This document shows, piece after piece, positions 9,983-18,006 of a stretch of DNA of 64,000 bases (position 1 is its first letter; every line of letters begins with the position of its first letter). Position numbers and translations under genes: made by a program. Location of the stretch: sequence record NC_047880.1; one strand, written 5' to 3'. Below the pieces are notes generated by a model. It was not told the DNA's origin, searched no databases, and saw only the letters and a program-made list of their open reading frames with translations.

Positions 9983-10498
9983 ATGACGGTTAACGATAAA
10001 CAACTACAGGAATGGTTGAGTGCGGCGCAAGTCGCATTCACTATGGGAAGTCGTCACACAGATAAAGGTCTTGCGCTTATCCTTGCTATCCACAAGGACG
10101 TGTCAACCAATAAGCCAGATCAGGTTGCTGATTTCCTTGATGACCTTGCTTCTGAAATGCGTATGTACGATTTGATTCGTCGTCGCTTCAAACCAGAGCT
10201 GTACACTGACTTTGCTGTCGGTGTTGATGTTCAGATCTATATTGCATACATGGCTCACTCGCCCGGCGAAGCTGTTATGGCTATGACGTATCTGCACCTG
10301 AATAAGTGCAAGAACATTAAAGACATGGTCAAACGTCTGCTGCCGAACGGCTACCCCGCTAATGACGCGATGGGCCTGTTGTGGAATCTCCAGAAAATTC
10401 AGAAAGAGCGCGGCTCACTCGACCCTGACAATATGGTAGACTACCCTAATACTGTAAATAGTCTGTACAACAGCATTCACAATTCGGGAGCGAAGTAA
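9983..10498 (+). CDS. hypothetical protein
   Basis: GAGG RBS, packed ORF. Confidence 0.6.
   Translation: MTVNDKQLQEWLSAAQVAFTMGSRHTDKGLALILAIHKDVSTNKPDQVADFLDDLASEMRMYDLIRRRFKPELYTDFAVGVDVQIYIAYMAHSPGEAVMAMTYLHLNKCKNIKDMVKRLLPNGYPANDAMGLLWNLQKIQKERGSLDPDNMVDYPNTVNSLYNSIHNSGAK
10451..10460 (+). promoter_or_regulatory. CTGTAAATA motif upstream of macro-domain gene
   Basis: ACTGTAAATA about 40 nt before ATG 10498. Confidence 0.4.
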
Positions 10499-11082
10499 TG
10501 GACTTATCTGCGATTGGTTTCGCATCGAAGCAGTTCCGAGTTATTCCTGTGGAGAAGGGTAACTTAGTGACTGACTTCATTCAAGGCAAGTTTCAAGTCA
10601 TTGGTGTTGAGTGTAATACTCGTGGTGCATACGGCTCTCCAATTCAACAGAGCTTATCGCGCCGTTTCCCTGAGATGGCTAAGAAGATCGCAGACATTGA
10701 TTATAACCAAGTTATGATCGGTAAGACAGTGATGCTTCCAGTTCAGACCCAGCATCGCCGTCGTTTGTTCGTAGCGAACATGTTTATTGCACGGGGATTT
10801 GGGTTAGGTCAGAACGATGATGTTAAGACAGGTCCTGTCAATCGTTTCTCCGAACGCCATTTGATTCAAGCGCTTGAAAACTTACTGGAACAATGCGAGA
10901 AGATGAACATCGCACCAGACAAGCAGATTGCGGTTCAGCGTGTGTATGGCGGATTAGGCGGGGTTCCTTGGTCAGAAGTGTGTCCAGTGTTGGATAGTGT
11001 TTGTGAAAAGCACAAGTTCAATCTTCTCGCATACTTGCCGAAGAACTATGATACTAACTTTGTGCGGGGTTCTGCGCGATAA
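10498..11082 (+). CDS. macro domain protein (Poa1p/TARG1/DarG-like)
   Basis: ECNTRGAYGSPIQQSLSRRFPE resembles N-x-x-G-x-x-G-x-GI...RFPE; VANMF; YGGLGGVPWSEV resembles GCGLGGLxW. Confidence 0.65.
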   Translation: MDLSAIGFASKQFRVIPVEKGNLVTDFIQGKFQVIGVECNTRGAYGSPIQQSLSRRFPEMAKKIADIDYNQVMIGKTVMLPVQTQHRRRLFVANMFIARGFGLGQNDDVKTGPVNRFSERHLIQALENLLEQCEKMNIAPDKQIAVQRVYGGLGGVPWSEVCPVLDSVCEKHKFNLLAYLPKNYDTNFVRGSAR

Positions 11083-11097
11083 CTTTGGGGTGTATTG

Positions 11098-11430
11098 ATG
11101 AACACAATACGCGGATTCGATTGGTTGTTCTACGGAGACGGTACCGATAGCGGCCAAAATTCAATAACGAGTGTCGTGTGTGAACCACATGCGAAATCAA
11201 TGCAGATCGAGATCGTGCGTGGTTGCGCTCGACCTGTAATTCAAGCGATACAAGAAAACGATATCTTGTATGTTCAGATCCCAGAGGGTCTTTATCGACT
11301 GCGTTACGCCTGCTCTTTCCGCAAGCTTGATTCAGCAGTTTTCCCACAAGAGTTAACGTCAATCAAGTTGAAGCTGGTTGAACTAGATTTCTTAGCGGGC
11401 GTCACAACTCACGATAAGACTCTGGGGTAA
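11098..11430 (+). CDS. hypothetical protein
   Basis: Packed ORF. Confidence 0.55.
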   Translation: MNTIRGFDWLFYGDGTDSGQNSITSVVCEPHAKSMQIEIVRGCARPVIQAIQENDILYVQIPEGLYRLRYACSFRKLDSAVFPQELTSIKLKLVELDFLAGVTTHDKTLG

Positions 11431-11436
11431 CTCAAA

Positions 11437-12189
11437 ATGATTACAGTAAAGAACATTGAGCGCCGTTTAAAAACTATAGATTATACCAAGCCGAACCCTC
11501 CACAGGAACTGCTTGAGTCCCTTGTAAAAGATGGTCGTTCCCGAATCTTGAAGTCAGCACAAGAAGATTGCCTGTGCAGTCTTTCTAATCGCTACTTTGA
11601 GTTCTGTCTTTCGCAAGTCGGTTCGTTCTGTACTGCACCTTATAATGCAGTTGAGATAGCGTTGCGCATTGGTGTGCAGCCTATCTATGTAGCCGCTGCG
11701 ATTTATATTTATGGCTTGGACTGGCAGCAAAAGTTCTTGGGCCTTAAACGATTCGACCGCCTTGACCGTGGTGAATACACAGTGTGGAAATCTTCTGATG
11801 CTTGGTTTAACCTTGCTGAATGCAAACACCGTGTAGAATCCGTTACTAATGCGCTGTCTGGTCCGCAGTTTGTCTTGCGTCAAGCTGTGCGTCGCGGTGA
11901 TATGATTGCTATCTTGAAGATCGCTGAAACGAATCCGCATCGCATGATGTCCATTCTGCCTCAGCGTCGTGGTCTGCTGTACGATGACCCTCGCATGTCT
12001 CTTGCTAAAAAGAAACGTGAGCAAGAAGCCGCAGCGTCAATTGCAAAAGGCATCTCTACGAATAAGCCTGTCGGTCGTAGTGAGTACGGTGATATCGACT
12101 ATCAGTTTAATGGCGCGTTGCATAAAGCTGAAATGGGTCGCACAAGCGTTAGCGGTATTGAGTGGTCTGAAAAGAAACCTTTATTCTAA
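11437..12189 (+). CDS. hypothetical protein
   Basis: 250-aa packed ORF. Confidence 0.6.
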   Translation: MITVKNIERRLKTIDYTKPNPPQELLESLVKDGRSRILKSAQEDCLCSLSNRYFEFCLSQVGSFCTAPYNAVEIALRIGVQPIYVAAAIYIYGLDWQQKFLGLKRFDRLDRGEYTVWKSSDAWFNLAECKHRVESVTNALSGPQFVLRQAVRRGDMIAILKIAETNPHRMMSILPQRRGLLYDDPRMSLAKKKREQEAAASIAKGISTNKPVGRSEYGDIDYQFNGALHKAEMGRTSVSGIEWSEKKPLF

Positions 12190-12200
12190 CGGAGCAGTAA

Positions 12201-12590
12201 ATGGATCGTAATAAATTGAAGTTGTTGATGGACAGTCTCAACGGTAACTTCTCCGATATTGATGCAGACCTGATGGACACAACTGTAGGCAATCTCACTC
12301 GTTCTGAAAAGAACATTGTGTTCCTCGTTAGCGCAGAGTACATCACTCAGCATATGATGAATCTCGGTCGTGCTGTCGAGAAGGCTAACGCTTCTTGGTT
12401 CGAGCCTATCGAAAAACTCGAAACGCTGAAAGAAGGTTTGTTCGGTTACGTTAACGGTGTTCCTGTGTATAGCAACTGGATGCACATTACGCCAGACGAA
12501 TCTGTTAATCATAAGCGACCACTGCTTGGCGTTTACTTCACAGACAAGAACATGATCAAAAGACTTCCCTTAGAAGCTTTTTGTGATTAA
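12201..12590 (+). CDS. hypothetical protein
   Basis: GGAG RBS. Confidence 0.6.
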   Translation: MDRNKLKLLMDSLNGNFSDIDADLMDTTVGNLTRSEKNIVFLVSAEYITQHMMNLGRAVEKANASWFEPIEKLETLKEGLFGYVNGVPVYSNWMHITPDESVNHKRPLLGVYFTDKNMIKRLPLEAFCD

Positions 12591-12610
12591 AATCTGCGAA
12601 CGGTAATTTT
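12591..12610 (+). promoter_or_regulatory. composite AATCTG...GGTAATTT element upstream of cmoA-like gene
   Basis: AATCTGCGAACGGTAATTTT resembles AATCTGTAAATAGTAATTTG at 14297. Confidence 0.4.
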
Positions 12611-12640
12611 GTTCAGTCAAAACAAATAACGGAACATCAC

Positions 12641-13411
12641 ATGAGCAATGTAGATAAAACAATGCCTCAAGGTAAGTGGGAATTCAACGAGCCTGTTGCT
12701 GCTGTGTTTGATAACATGCTGGCCAACTCTATTCCTTCTTATGACCGTATGCGTGACCTGACGTTTCGTCTGGGTAAACGTTTCGTAACACCAGGCTCAG
12801 CTATTGTTGATCTCGGTGCATCACTCGGTCGTGCTATCGAACCATTCTGTGAACACTTCGGTCCGTACATGTATCATCATGCAGCAGACCGTCCTGAACC
12901 TGATTCTGAAACAGGCAATCTCTATTCGCTGTATGAGACTGCTCCTGCAATGCGTGAGCGTCTCGCACAGAACGCAGTGTTGAACGCAGCCGAAGCGAAA
13001 CTCGAATCAGAATCGCTTGTGGACGTTGATACGTTCCGTTTCAGTGAGCAAGTCGAATGCTCTTTGATTCTCAGCGTGTTAACTTTGCAGTTCACTCCGA
13101 TTGAACACCGTCAGCACATTCTGGAAAAGGTCTATGACTCTTTGCAGTCTGGTGGTGCATTCATTCTCGTTGAGAAAGTTCTCGGGGATGATAATTATCT
13201 GGACAAGCTGCTGGTAGATACCTACTACAGCATGAAAGGTGATAACGGTTATTCACAAGAAAGCATTGCGACTAAGCGCAAGTCACTCGAAGGTGTTCTC
13301 GTTCCAGTGAAAGCCGCGTGGAATGAAGAACTGCTCCGTAAAGCGGGCTTCAATCGCGTCGAATGTTTCTATCGCGATCTCAACTTTGCAGGTTGGATTG
13401 CTGTTAAATAA
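12641..13411 (+). CDS. cmoA: CmoA-like carboxy-S-adenosylmethionine synthase
   Basis: WEFNEPVAAVFDNMLANSIPSY matches CmoA N-terminus [42 protein letters not shown] with Arg213 (codon 13277) aligning to E. coli catalytic R199. Confidence 0.85.
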   Translation: MSNVDKTMPQGKWEFNEPVAAVFDNMLANSIPSYDRMRDLTFRLGKRFVTPGSAIVDLGASLGRAIEPFCEHFGPYMYHHAADRPEPDSETGNLYSLYETAPAMRERLAQNAVLNAAEAKLESESLVDVDTFRFSEQVECSLILSVLTLQFTPIEHRQHILEKVYDSLQSGGAFILVEKVLGDDNYLDKLLVDTYYSMKGDNGYSQESIATKRKSLEGVLVPVKAAWNEELLRKAGFNRVECFYRDLNFAGWIAVK

Positions 13412-13412
13412 A

Positions 13413-13422
13413 TCTGTAAACA
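13413..13422 (+). promoter_or_regulatory. CTGTAAA(C)A motif
   Basis: Intergenic, before the RBS of 13437. Confidence 0.45.
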
Positions 13423-13436
13423 GTAGAGGTTAGAGC

Positions 13437-14309
13437 ATGAGTTCTACAGCGGCCATACGCGAGAAAGTTCGCTCGGCATTATTTGCGAGTCATAACAAGC
13501 CTGTCGATATGCGACAAGCGTTGATGGACACTTTGAGTTGGATTCCGAAAGAAGACCAAGTTACTGTGTTCATGTCGGGTGGCATTGATAGTCATGCTTG
13601 CTTGTTTGCTTGCATCGACCTAGGCCTCAAAGTTAACGTGCTGTCGTTCACACTCGACTCACACGAAAGCTCTGACTTCAAGGCAGCGAGACACGCAGCC
13701 GAAGTTTTCGACCTTGACTTCACGCCGATTGTTCTTCCAACGAACGAAGCCCATCTGAAAAGCTGGGTACGTTTCGCAGTACACAAGCTCGGGCTCACGA
13801 ACAAAAGTGAGATCGAATGTTCTTGGCCGCTGTACACCGCAATCCGTCATCTTGAAGGAAAGACCAAACATATCGTACTCGGTCTTGGCGGCGACTCGTA
13901 CTTCTTAATGGCAAAGAGCGCTTCGATGCACTGCAAAGACTTAGTGTTAGAGCAACGTCGAAAAGCTACGCGCCGTGTGCTGTCTCAGAACGTTCTCGTT
14001 AAGCGTGAAGCTTTTGCTCGTGGTATCTACGCGCATCTTCCGTACTTCGAGTTCGGTCGCACTTACGCAGAGCTGCAAATGGAAACCGACTTTAAAAAGA
14101 TCAACAGTCCGCAGAAGTCGTTTTACAATCAGGCATTCCCTGAGTATCGCAAGCGCTGTAAAGTACGCGGCCACCAAAACTTCCAGCTGGGTGACACTAA
14201 CATTAGCGGCATCTTTAGCGACGTGTTGTTGAAGTCCGACTGGAACACAAGAAACTTGAAAGCAATCGTTGGCGTATACAATGACGTTGCATCAGGAATC
14301 TGTAAATAG
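13437..14309 (+). CDS. PP-loop ATP pyrophosphatase, asparagine-synthetase C-terminal-like; probable amide ligase (CmoY-like)
   Basis: FMSGGIDS PP-loop; LGLGGDSYF resembles GEGADELF; no glutaminase domain; adjacent to cmoA. Confidence 0.75.
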   Translation: MSSTAAIREKVRSALFASHNKPVDMRQALMDTLSWIPKEDQVTVFMSGGIDSHACLFACIDLGLKVNVLSFTLDSHESSDFKAARHAAEVFDLDFTPIVLPTNEAHLKSWVRFAVHKLGLTNKSEIECSWPLYTAIRHLEGKTKHIVLGLGGDSYFLMAKSASMHCKDLVLEQRRKATRRVLSQNVLVKREAFARGIYAHLPYFEFGRTYAELQMETDFKKINSPQKSFYNQAFPEYRKRCKVRGHQNFQLGDTNISGIFSDVLLKSDWNTRNLKAIVGVYNDVASGICK

Positions 14310-14316
14310 TAATTTG
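14297..14316 (+). promoter_or_regulatory. overlapping CTGTAAATA and AGTAATTT motifs upstream of the DPA peptide
   Basis: AATCTGTAAATAGTAATTTG, 60 nt before ATG 14376. Confidence 0.55.
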
Positions 14317-14375
14317 AGTAAGCACTGATAATCAGTCTGCTCTTAACATAAACCCAAATCCTTAAGGAGCGCATC

Positions 14376-14525
14376 ATGCGTCATATCGACCCAGCAGTAC
14401 GTTTTAACGATCCAGCCATCACTGACCCAGCAGCCCGTTTCGATCCGGCCGACCCTGCTGATCCAGCAATCGGTTTTGATCCGGCTGACCCAGCAGATCC
14501 TGCTGACCCGGCTGCTCGCTTCTAA
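14376..14525 (+). CDS. 49-aa Asp-Pro-Ala repeat peptide (below ORF-track cutoff)
   Basis: MRHIDPAVRFNDPAITDPAARFDPADPADPAIGFDPADPADPADPAARF; AAGGAG RBS 14364-14369; synonymous codon variation across repeats; terminator downstream. Confidence 0.85.
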   Translation: MRHIDPAVRFNDPAITDPAARFDPADPADPAIGFDPADPADPADPAARF

Positions 14526-14541
14526 TAGCGAAACTTAATAC

Positions 14542-14570
14542 AAGGGGGCTGCTCATTGCAGTCCCTTTTT
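14542..14570 (+). terminator. Rho-independent terminator
   Basis: AAGGGGGCTGC-TCATT-GCAGTCCCTTTTT. Confidence 0.8.
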
Positions 14571-14593
14571 ACTTTCCTGTTGAGGAACGTGCT

Positions 14594-15232
14594 ATGTCTT
14601 TTGAGCTTGTAAACATTCTGCCGATACTGTCGCAATCAACTACAGTTCATCGTGCAGCCGACGGCACTGATGTTCACATCGTCCGAAACTTCTTCACACA
14701 TACGGAATGCGAAGCACTAATCGCTGAGGGCATTCAGTATCTCGAACCGAGCCGTGTTGGTGGACCGAACGATACAACTAAGATCGATAAAACAGTTCGC
14801 TCGTCCTCTACTGCGATGTTAAGCGAAGTATCTCAACACCCTGCTGTACTCGAAGCTATTCGTCGCATTGATGACGCATACGGTTACCCACATCTGTTCA
14901 GCAACCCGCTGCAACTCAATCGCTATCAAGTCGGTGAAGAGTTCGTAGCGCATCACGACTGGCATGACCCTGTTCGCCAGCATGATCGTATTCAACGTGA
15001 AGGCCAACGCACTTGGACCTTCTTGATGTACCTCAACGATGACTTCGAAGGCGGTCAGACTGAATTCCCGTTGATGGATCTCACAGTAACTCCTGAGCGC
15101 GGTATGCTTGTTCTGTGGAACAACTTGCTTGTTGACGGTTCAGTCAATGAGACAACGCTACACGCATCGAAGCCTGTAACGTCAGGTACGAAGTTCATGA
15201 TGACCAAATGGTTTAAGAACAAAGTGCTGTGA
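14594..15232 (+). CDS. 2OG-Fe(II) oxygenase, prolyl-4-hydroxylase-like
   Basis: LQLNRY-x-x-G-x-x-F-x-x-HHD (HxD), TFLMYLND-x-x-EGGQTEFP, LHASKPVTSGTKF; Lys as the 2OG ligand, as in P4Hs. Confidence 0.9.
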   Translation: MSFELVNILPILSQSTTVHRAADGTDVHIVRNFFTHTECEALIAEGIQYLEPSRVGGPNDTTKIDKTVRSSSTAMLSEVSQHPAVLEAIRRIDDAYGYPHLFSNPLQLNRYQVGEEFVAHHDWHDPVRQHDRIQREGQRTWTFLMYLNDDFEGGQTEFPLMDLTVTPERGMLVLWNNLLVDGSVNETTLHASKPVTSGTKFMMTKWFKNKVL

Positions 15233-15239
15233 TAATCTT

Positions 15240-15257
15240 GGGTAGCTAAGGCTGCCC
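15240..15257 (+). terminator. GGGTAGC-loop-GCTGCCC hairpin
   Basis: Member of recurrent hairpin family; weak U tract. Confidence 0.5.
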
Positions 15258-15283
15258 ATTGTCGTATCTAAGGTTCAGGAAAG

Positions 15284-15293
15284 TCTGTAAATA
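15284..15293 (+). promoter_or_regulatory. TCTGTAAATA motif
   Basis: Intergenic, 30 nt before ATG 15324. Confidence 0.55.
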
Positions 15294-15323
15294 CAGAATA
15301 AGATTCCTCTGAGGATAACTCAA

Positions 15324-15932
15324 ATGATAGTTCGTATTATTGACGGAGATATTGGTGCGACGTATGTTGCCGAGCAACTGCAAGCTGCTGGCATTGAATG
15401 TACAGTGCATTCACCAAACAATCCCCGTGCTCGTGCGCGTTATGCGCCTTATCCTTCTATGTCTATTAGTCTTGACCAGCTTCTTATCGAGCGTCACATC
15501 GGTGATGTACTCGGTACGTATCGCGGTATCTTCCTGATTAGTAGCTATGCAGGTTCTTTGATTGCAAACAGCATGATTGATCTTTGTGGTCAGTCCAACA
15601 ATATCATTACGTGTGATAAACTCGACTGCGGTAATGTTCCTGTTGCAGCCACCAAGCTTTCTGTAAATATCTATCAGAAGCAGCGCAAGCTGGCTCGCAT
15701 CGCTCGTCGTGTTCCGCACTATGAGTCCGACCATGAGTTTATCATTGCGGATAATACGGTTCAGGCTCTCTCGTATCCAGAGCTAGTACAGAAAGAAGAT
15801 ATCGAACTTAACAACAAGCCGAAGTTTCTTTCTAGTCCTTCGCTGATCGTTGCTGCAAAGCGTCTGGGTATTAAAAGCAACACGTACCATAACTATGCCG
15901 GCCTTGTGAAAGAGTTTCTCGCCGCGCGGTAA
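15324..15932 (+). CDS. hypothetical protein with degenerate Rossmann-like N-terminus
   Basis: VRIIDGDIGATYVAEQLQAAGIECTVH resembles a beta-alpha-beta dinucleotide fold; GAGGA RBS. Confidence 0.6.
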   Translation: MIVRIIDGDIGATYVAEQLQAAGIECTVHSPNNPRARARYAPYPSMSISLDQLLIERHIGDVLGTYRGIFLISSYAGSLIANSMIDLCGQSNNIITCDKLDCGNVPVAATKLSVNIYQKQRKLARIARRVPHYESDHEFIIADNTVQALSYPELVQKEDIELNNKPKFLSSPSLIVAAKRLGIKSNTYHNYAGLVKEFLAAR

Positions 15933-15942
15933 TGAGGATAAG

Positions 15943-16206
15943 ATGATTAATCGCTTCCAAATGAAAAAGACTCCGACACTTGATGCTTGTCAGTGGAACG
16001 GAGAGAACGTTGAAGAGATGGACAAATTTCTCAACGGTAACGGCTACGTTGTTGGTCGTTATGTGCAACTCGGTGTTCTTGATGATCACGGAGTACCGAC
16101 TATCGCTAACGTGTCTGTGGGTAACTATGCAGTGCGTCACGAAGACGGTACGGTTGAAGCAATGACAGCGACCGAACTGTTTGACAAATATGTATTGGCT
16201 GACTGA
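15943..16206 (+). CDS. conserved phage hypothetical protein
   Basis: K-x-P-x-L-DACQWNG-x-N...GNYAVR...F-x-x-Y pattern common in phages. Confidence 0.65.
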   Translation: MINRFQMKKTPTLDACQWNGENVEEMDKFLNGNGYVVGRYVQLGVLDDHGVPTIANVSVGNYAVRHEDGTVEAMTATELFDKYVLAD

Positions 16207-16211
16207 GGTAC

Positions 16212-16670
16212 ATGATGAACCTGTTTTCTATTCTGAAACAGCAAGTGAAGAAATCGCTGACGACAGAAGCAGCGCTCGAACCAGAAGTACGCGCACTGTT
16301 TGACTGGCGTTACTCTGTAGACGTCAAAGGTCAGATGTACATCATCGGTAAGACTGGCGCGAACACCTGCTTCTATATCGAACCGGGGACAGTTGAGCCT
16401 ACCGCATGTTATCCTGATGCGTTGCTGGCAAAAATTGACGAGTGGGGAACAGCGAAATATGTTTCCTACTCCGTGTTCTTCAAGCACTTCGATAGTCCTG
16501 TTGCAGAGAATATCAAGACGCTTGAGAAAGCACAGACGGGTAAGCCGAAGAAGTTTAAGAAGGGTTACTTCATCTGTGGTCTGACGCCGAAAGGCAAACG
16601 TGTGAAGTTGTTCAGACTGCAACAGGGTCTGAGCGGTATGCAATGGGTTGCAGTGGAGCCTAAGAAATAA
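16212..16670 (+). CDS. hypothetical protein
   Basis: GAGG RBS; basic C-terminus. Confidence 0.6.
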   Translation: MMNLFSILKQQVKKSLTTEAALEPEVRALFDWRYSVDVKGQMYIIGKTGANTCFYIEPGTVEPTACYPDALLAKIDEWGTAKYVSYSVFFKHFDSPVAENIKTLEKAQTGKPKKFKKGYFICGLTPKGKRVKLFRLQQGLSGMQWVAVEPKK

Positions 16671-16684
16671 TGTAGGAGAGTACG

Positions 16685-17183
16685 ATGAAACAACAACTGC
16701 TTGATCGTGGCTTCGACCACGAACGATATCATTGCTGGTTAAGTGAGACACAGATGACTGTGCCTCTATTCGGATTTGATCGTCAACTTCATGGCGTTCA
16801 AGTCTACACACCAGACGCACCGAAACAAACGTCGAATCCGAAAGATGCTCGTTACTTCACGCGCACGTTCGGTGGCAAGCAGTTGGTGTGGGGAACAGAA
16901 ATTGAACCTATACGGGTCGACCGTATTCTTAACTGAGTCCGTGTTCAAGGCATGTGCTGTTCATCGTCTTGGACTCAACGCTTGGTCTGTATTAGGTTCT
17001 AATGTCAACGATGCTCTGTACCTTCAACTGCGTCTGCTTGGCCTGAGATTTGTCTGTCTCGGTGATGCGGATAAAGCTGGTGAAGAGTTCAGTCAAACGT
17101 TTGGTCTTGGTGCAGTATCAAAAGACCTTGACGAAATGACTGACGCAGAGCTACTGGATTTAACTCGTCCTTTCTTGAGGTAA
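16685..17183 (+). pseudogene. Toprim-domain primase-like gene split by a frameshift near 16890-16901
   Basis: Frame A gives VPLFG...RYFT...LVWGTE; the +1 frame continues LNLYGSTVFLTESVFKA...GDADKAG...KDLDEM. Confidence 0.7.
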
Positions 17184-17185
17184 CT

Positions 17186-17608
17186 ATGGAACATAAAGTA
17201 AGAATCCGTATCATCGGACCTGTCGGTTGCGGCAAGTCAGAGGTGTACGTGCAATTGGTGAAAGCTCTCGCTATGACCAACGCGCGTGTTGTGCATCAAG
17301 ACCCTAAAGCTTGGGACCTGATTGCGCAGACTACAGGCAAAGATGCCTTCCAAGAGTTTCAATTCAATCCAGAAGTAACGATTGAAGAAGTCTGCATTCG
17401 CACCGACCCGAAAGCGTCACAGAATCCGATCATGCAGTTCTTTGCGTATGCGCATCTGCCTCCACATCTGCAAGGCGTTAGCCGTGAGATTGCGCTTCTC
17501 GCTCAGGAAATGGATCAGCGTCTGCCACAAGGACCTGAGAAATCTGCCGGTCTGCGTAAGTTGCTCGAAGCGAAAGACTGCTTAGTACGGTCGCTTGTAC
17601 GCGAATGA
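17186..17608 (+). CDS. two-part protein: N-terminal GxxGxGKS segment plus C-terminal helical hairpin resembling Acb2/Tad1-hairpin-type proteins
   Basis: GPVGCGKS; FFAYAHLPPHLQ...LPQGPEKSAGLRKLLEAKDCLVRS. Confidence 0.55.
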   Translation: MEHKVRIRIIGPVGCGKSEVYVQLVKALAMTNARVVHQDPKAWDLIAQTTGKDAFQEFQFNPEVTIEEVCIRTDPKASQNPIMQFFAYAHLPPHLQGVSREIALLAQEMDQRLPQGPEKSAGLRKLLEAKDCLVRSLVRE

Positions 17609-17997
17609 TCGTATCCGCAGACAACTGCCCTCCACTTAACGGCGCAGCGTATTGGGAACGCAGTCAAGATCCGTATCATGTTGATGCGTTCCCAAACGAA
17701 GAAGCTATCACAGGTCCTGGCATCGCAACAGGCATTCGTGCGTCTGGCTGGATGGCTATCGGCTGGCATGAAGACTGTCTCGCTTTTGTTGCGGACGGTT
17801 CTGAGTATGAAGATGATGGTATCGACTACATCCACTTCATAAGTTTTAATGGACATGAAGTGCGTATCCCTCGTGATGCACCATATCTGTCTGAACTTAT
17901 TCAGCGCCATATCAGCTACATCGAGGCTAAAGCTAAAGCCAAACCTCGTAGCGTTCTGTGTCTGCTGCGCTCAATCTTTTATCCTGTTCGAAACTAA
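17605..17997 (+). CDS. hypothetical protein
   Basis: ATGA overlap. Confidence 0.6.
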   Translation: MIVSADNCPPLNGAAYWERSQDPYHVDAFPNEEAITGPGIATGIRASGWMAIGWHEDCLAFVADGSEYEDDGIDYIHFISFNGHEVRIPRDAPYLSELIQRHISYIEAKAKAKPRSVLCLLRSIFYPVRN

Positions 17998-18006
17998 GGA
18001 ACTCCA

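Noticed and set aside
12641-13411. cmoA as a tRNA-modification auxiliary gene
   Set aside because: No CmoB or tRNA gene is seen in the window, and the motif X Arg MTase offers a better acceptor; not fully excluded because host CmoB could use the product
13437-14525. Classical lasso-peptide cluster
   Set aside because: No leader peptidase or RRE gene is seen, and the peptide has no leader or lasso core pattern; only a looser RiPP-like hypothesis is kept
14376-14525. CRISPR-like array or DNA microsatellite
   Set aside because: The units are 9 nt, vary at third codon positions and form an ORF with RBS; there is no repeat-spacer structure
17186-17300. Functional P-loop kinase
   Set aside because: About 75 residues with no clear Walker B or lid; too short to call
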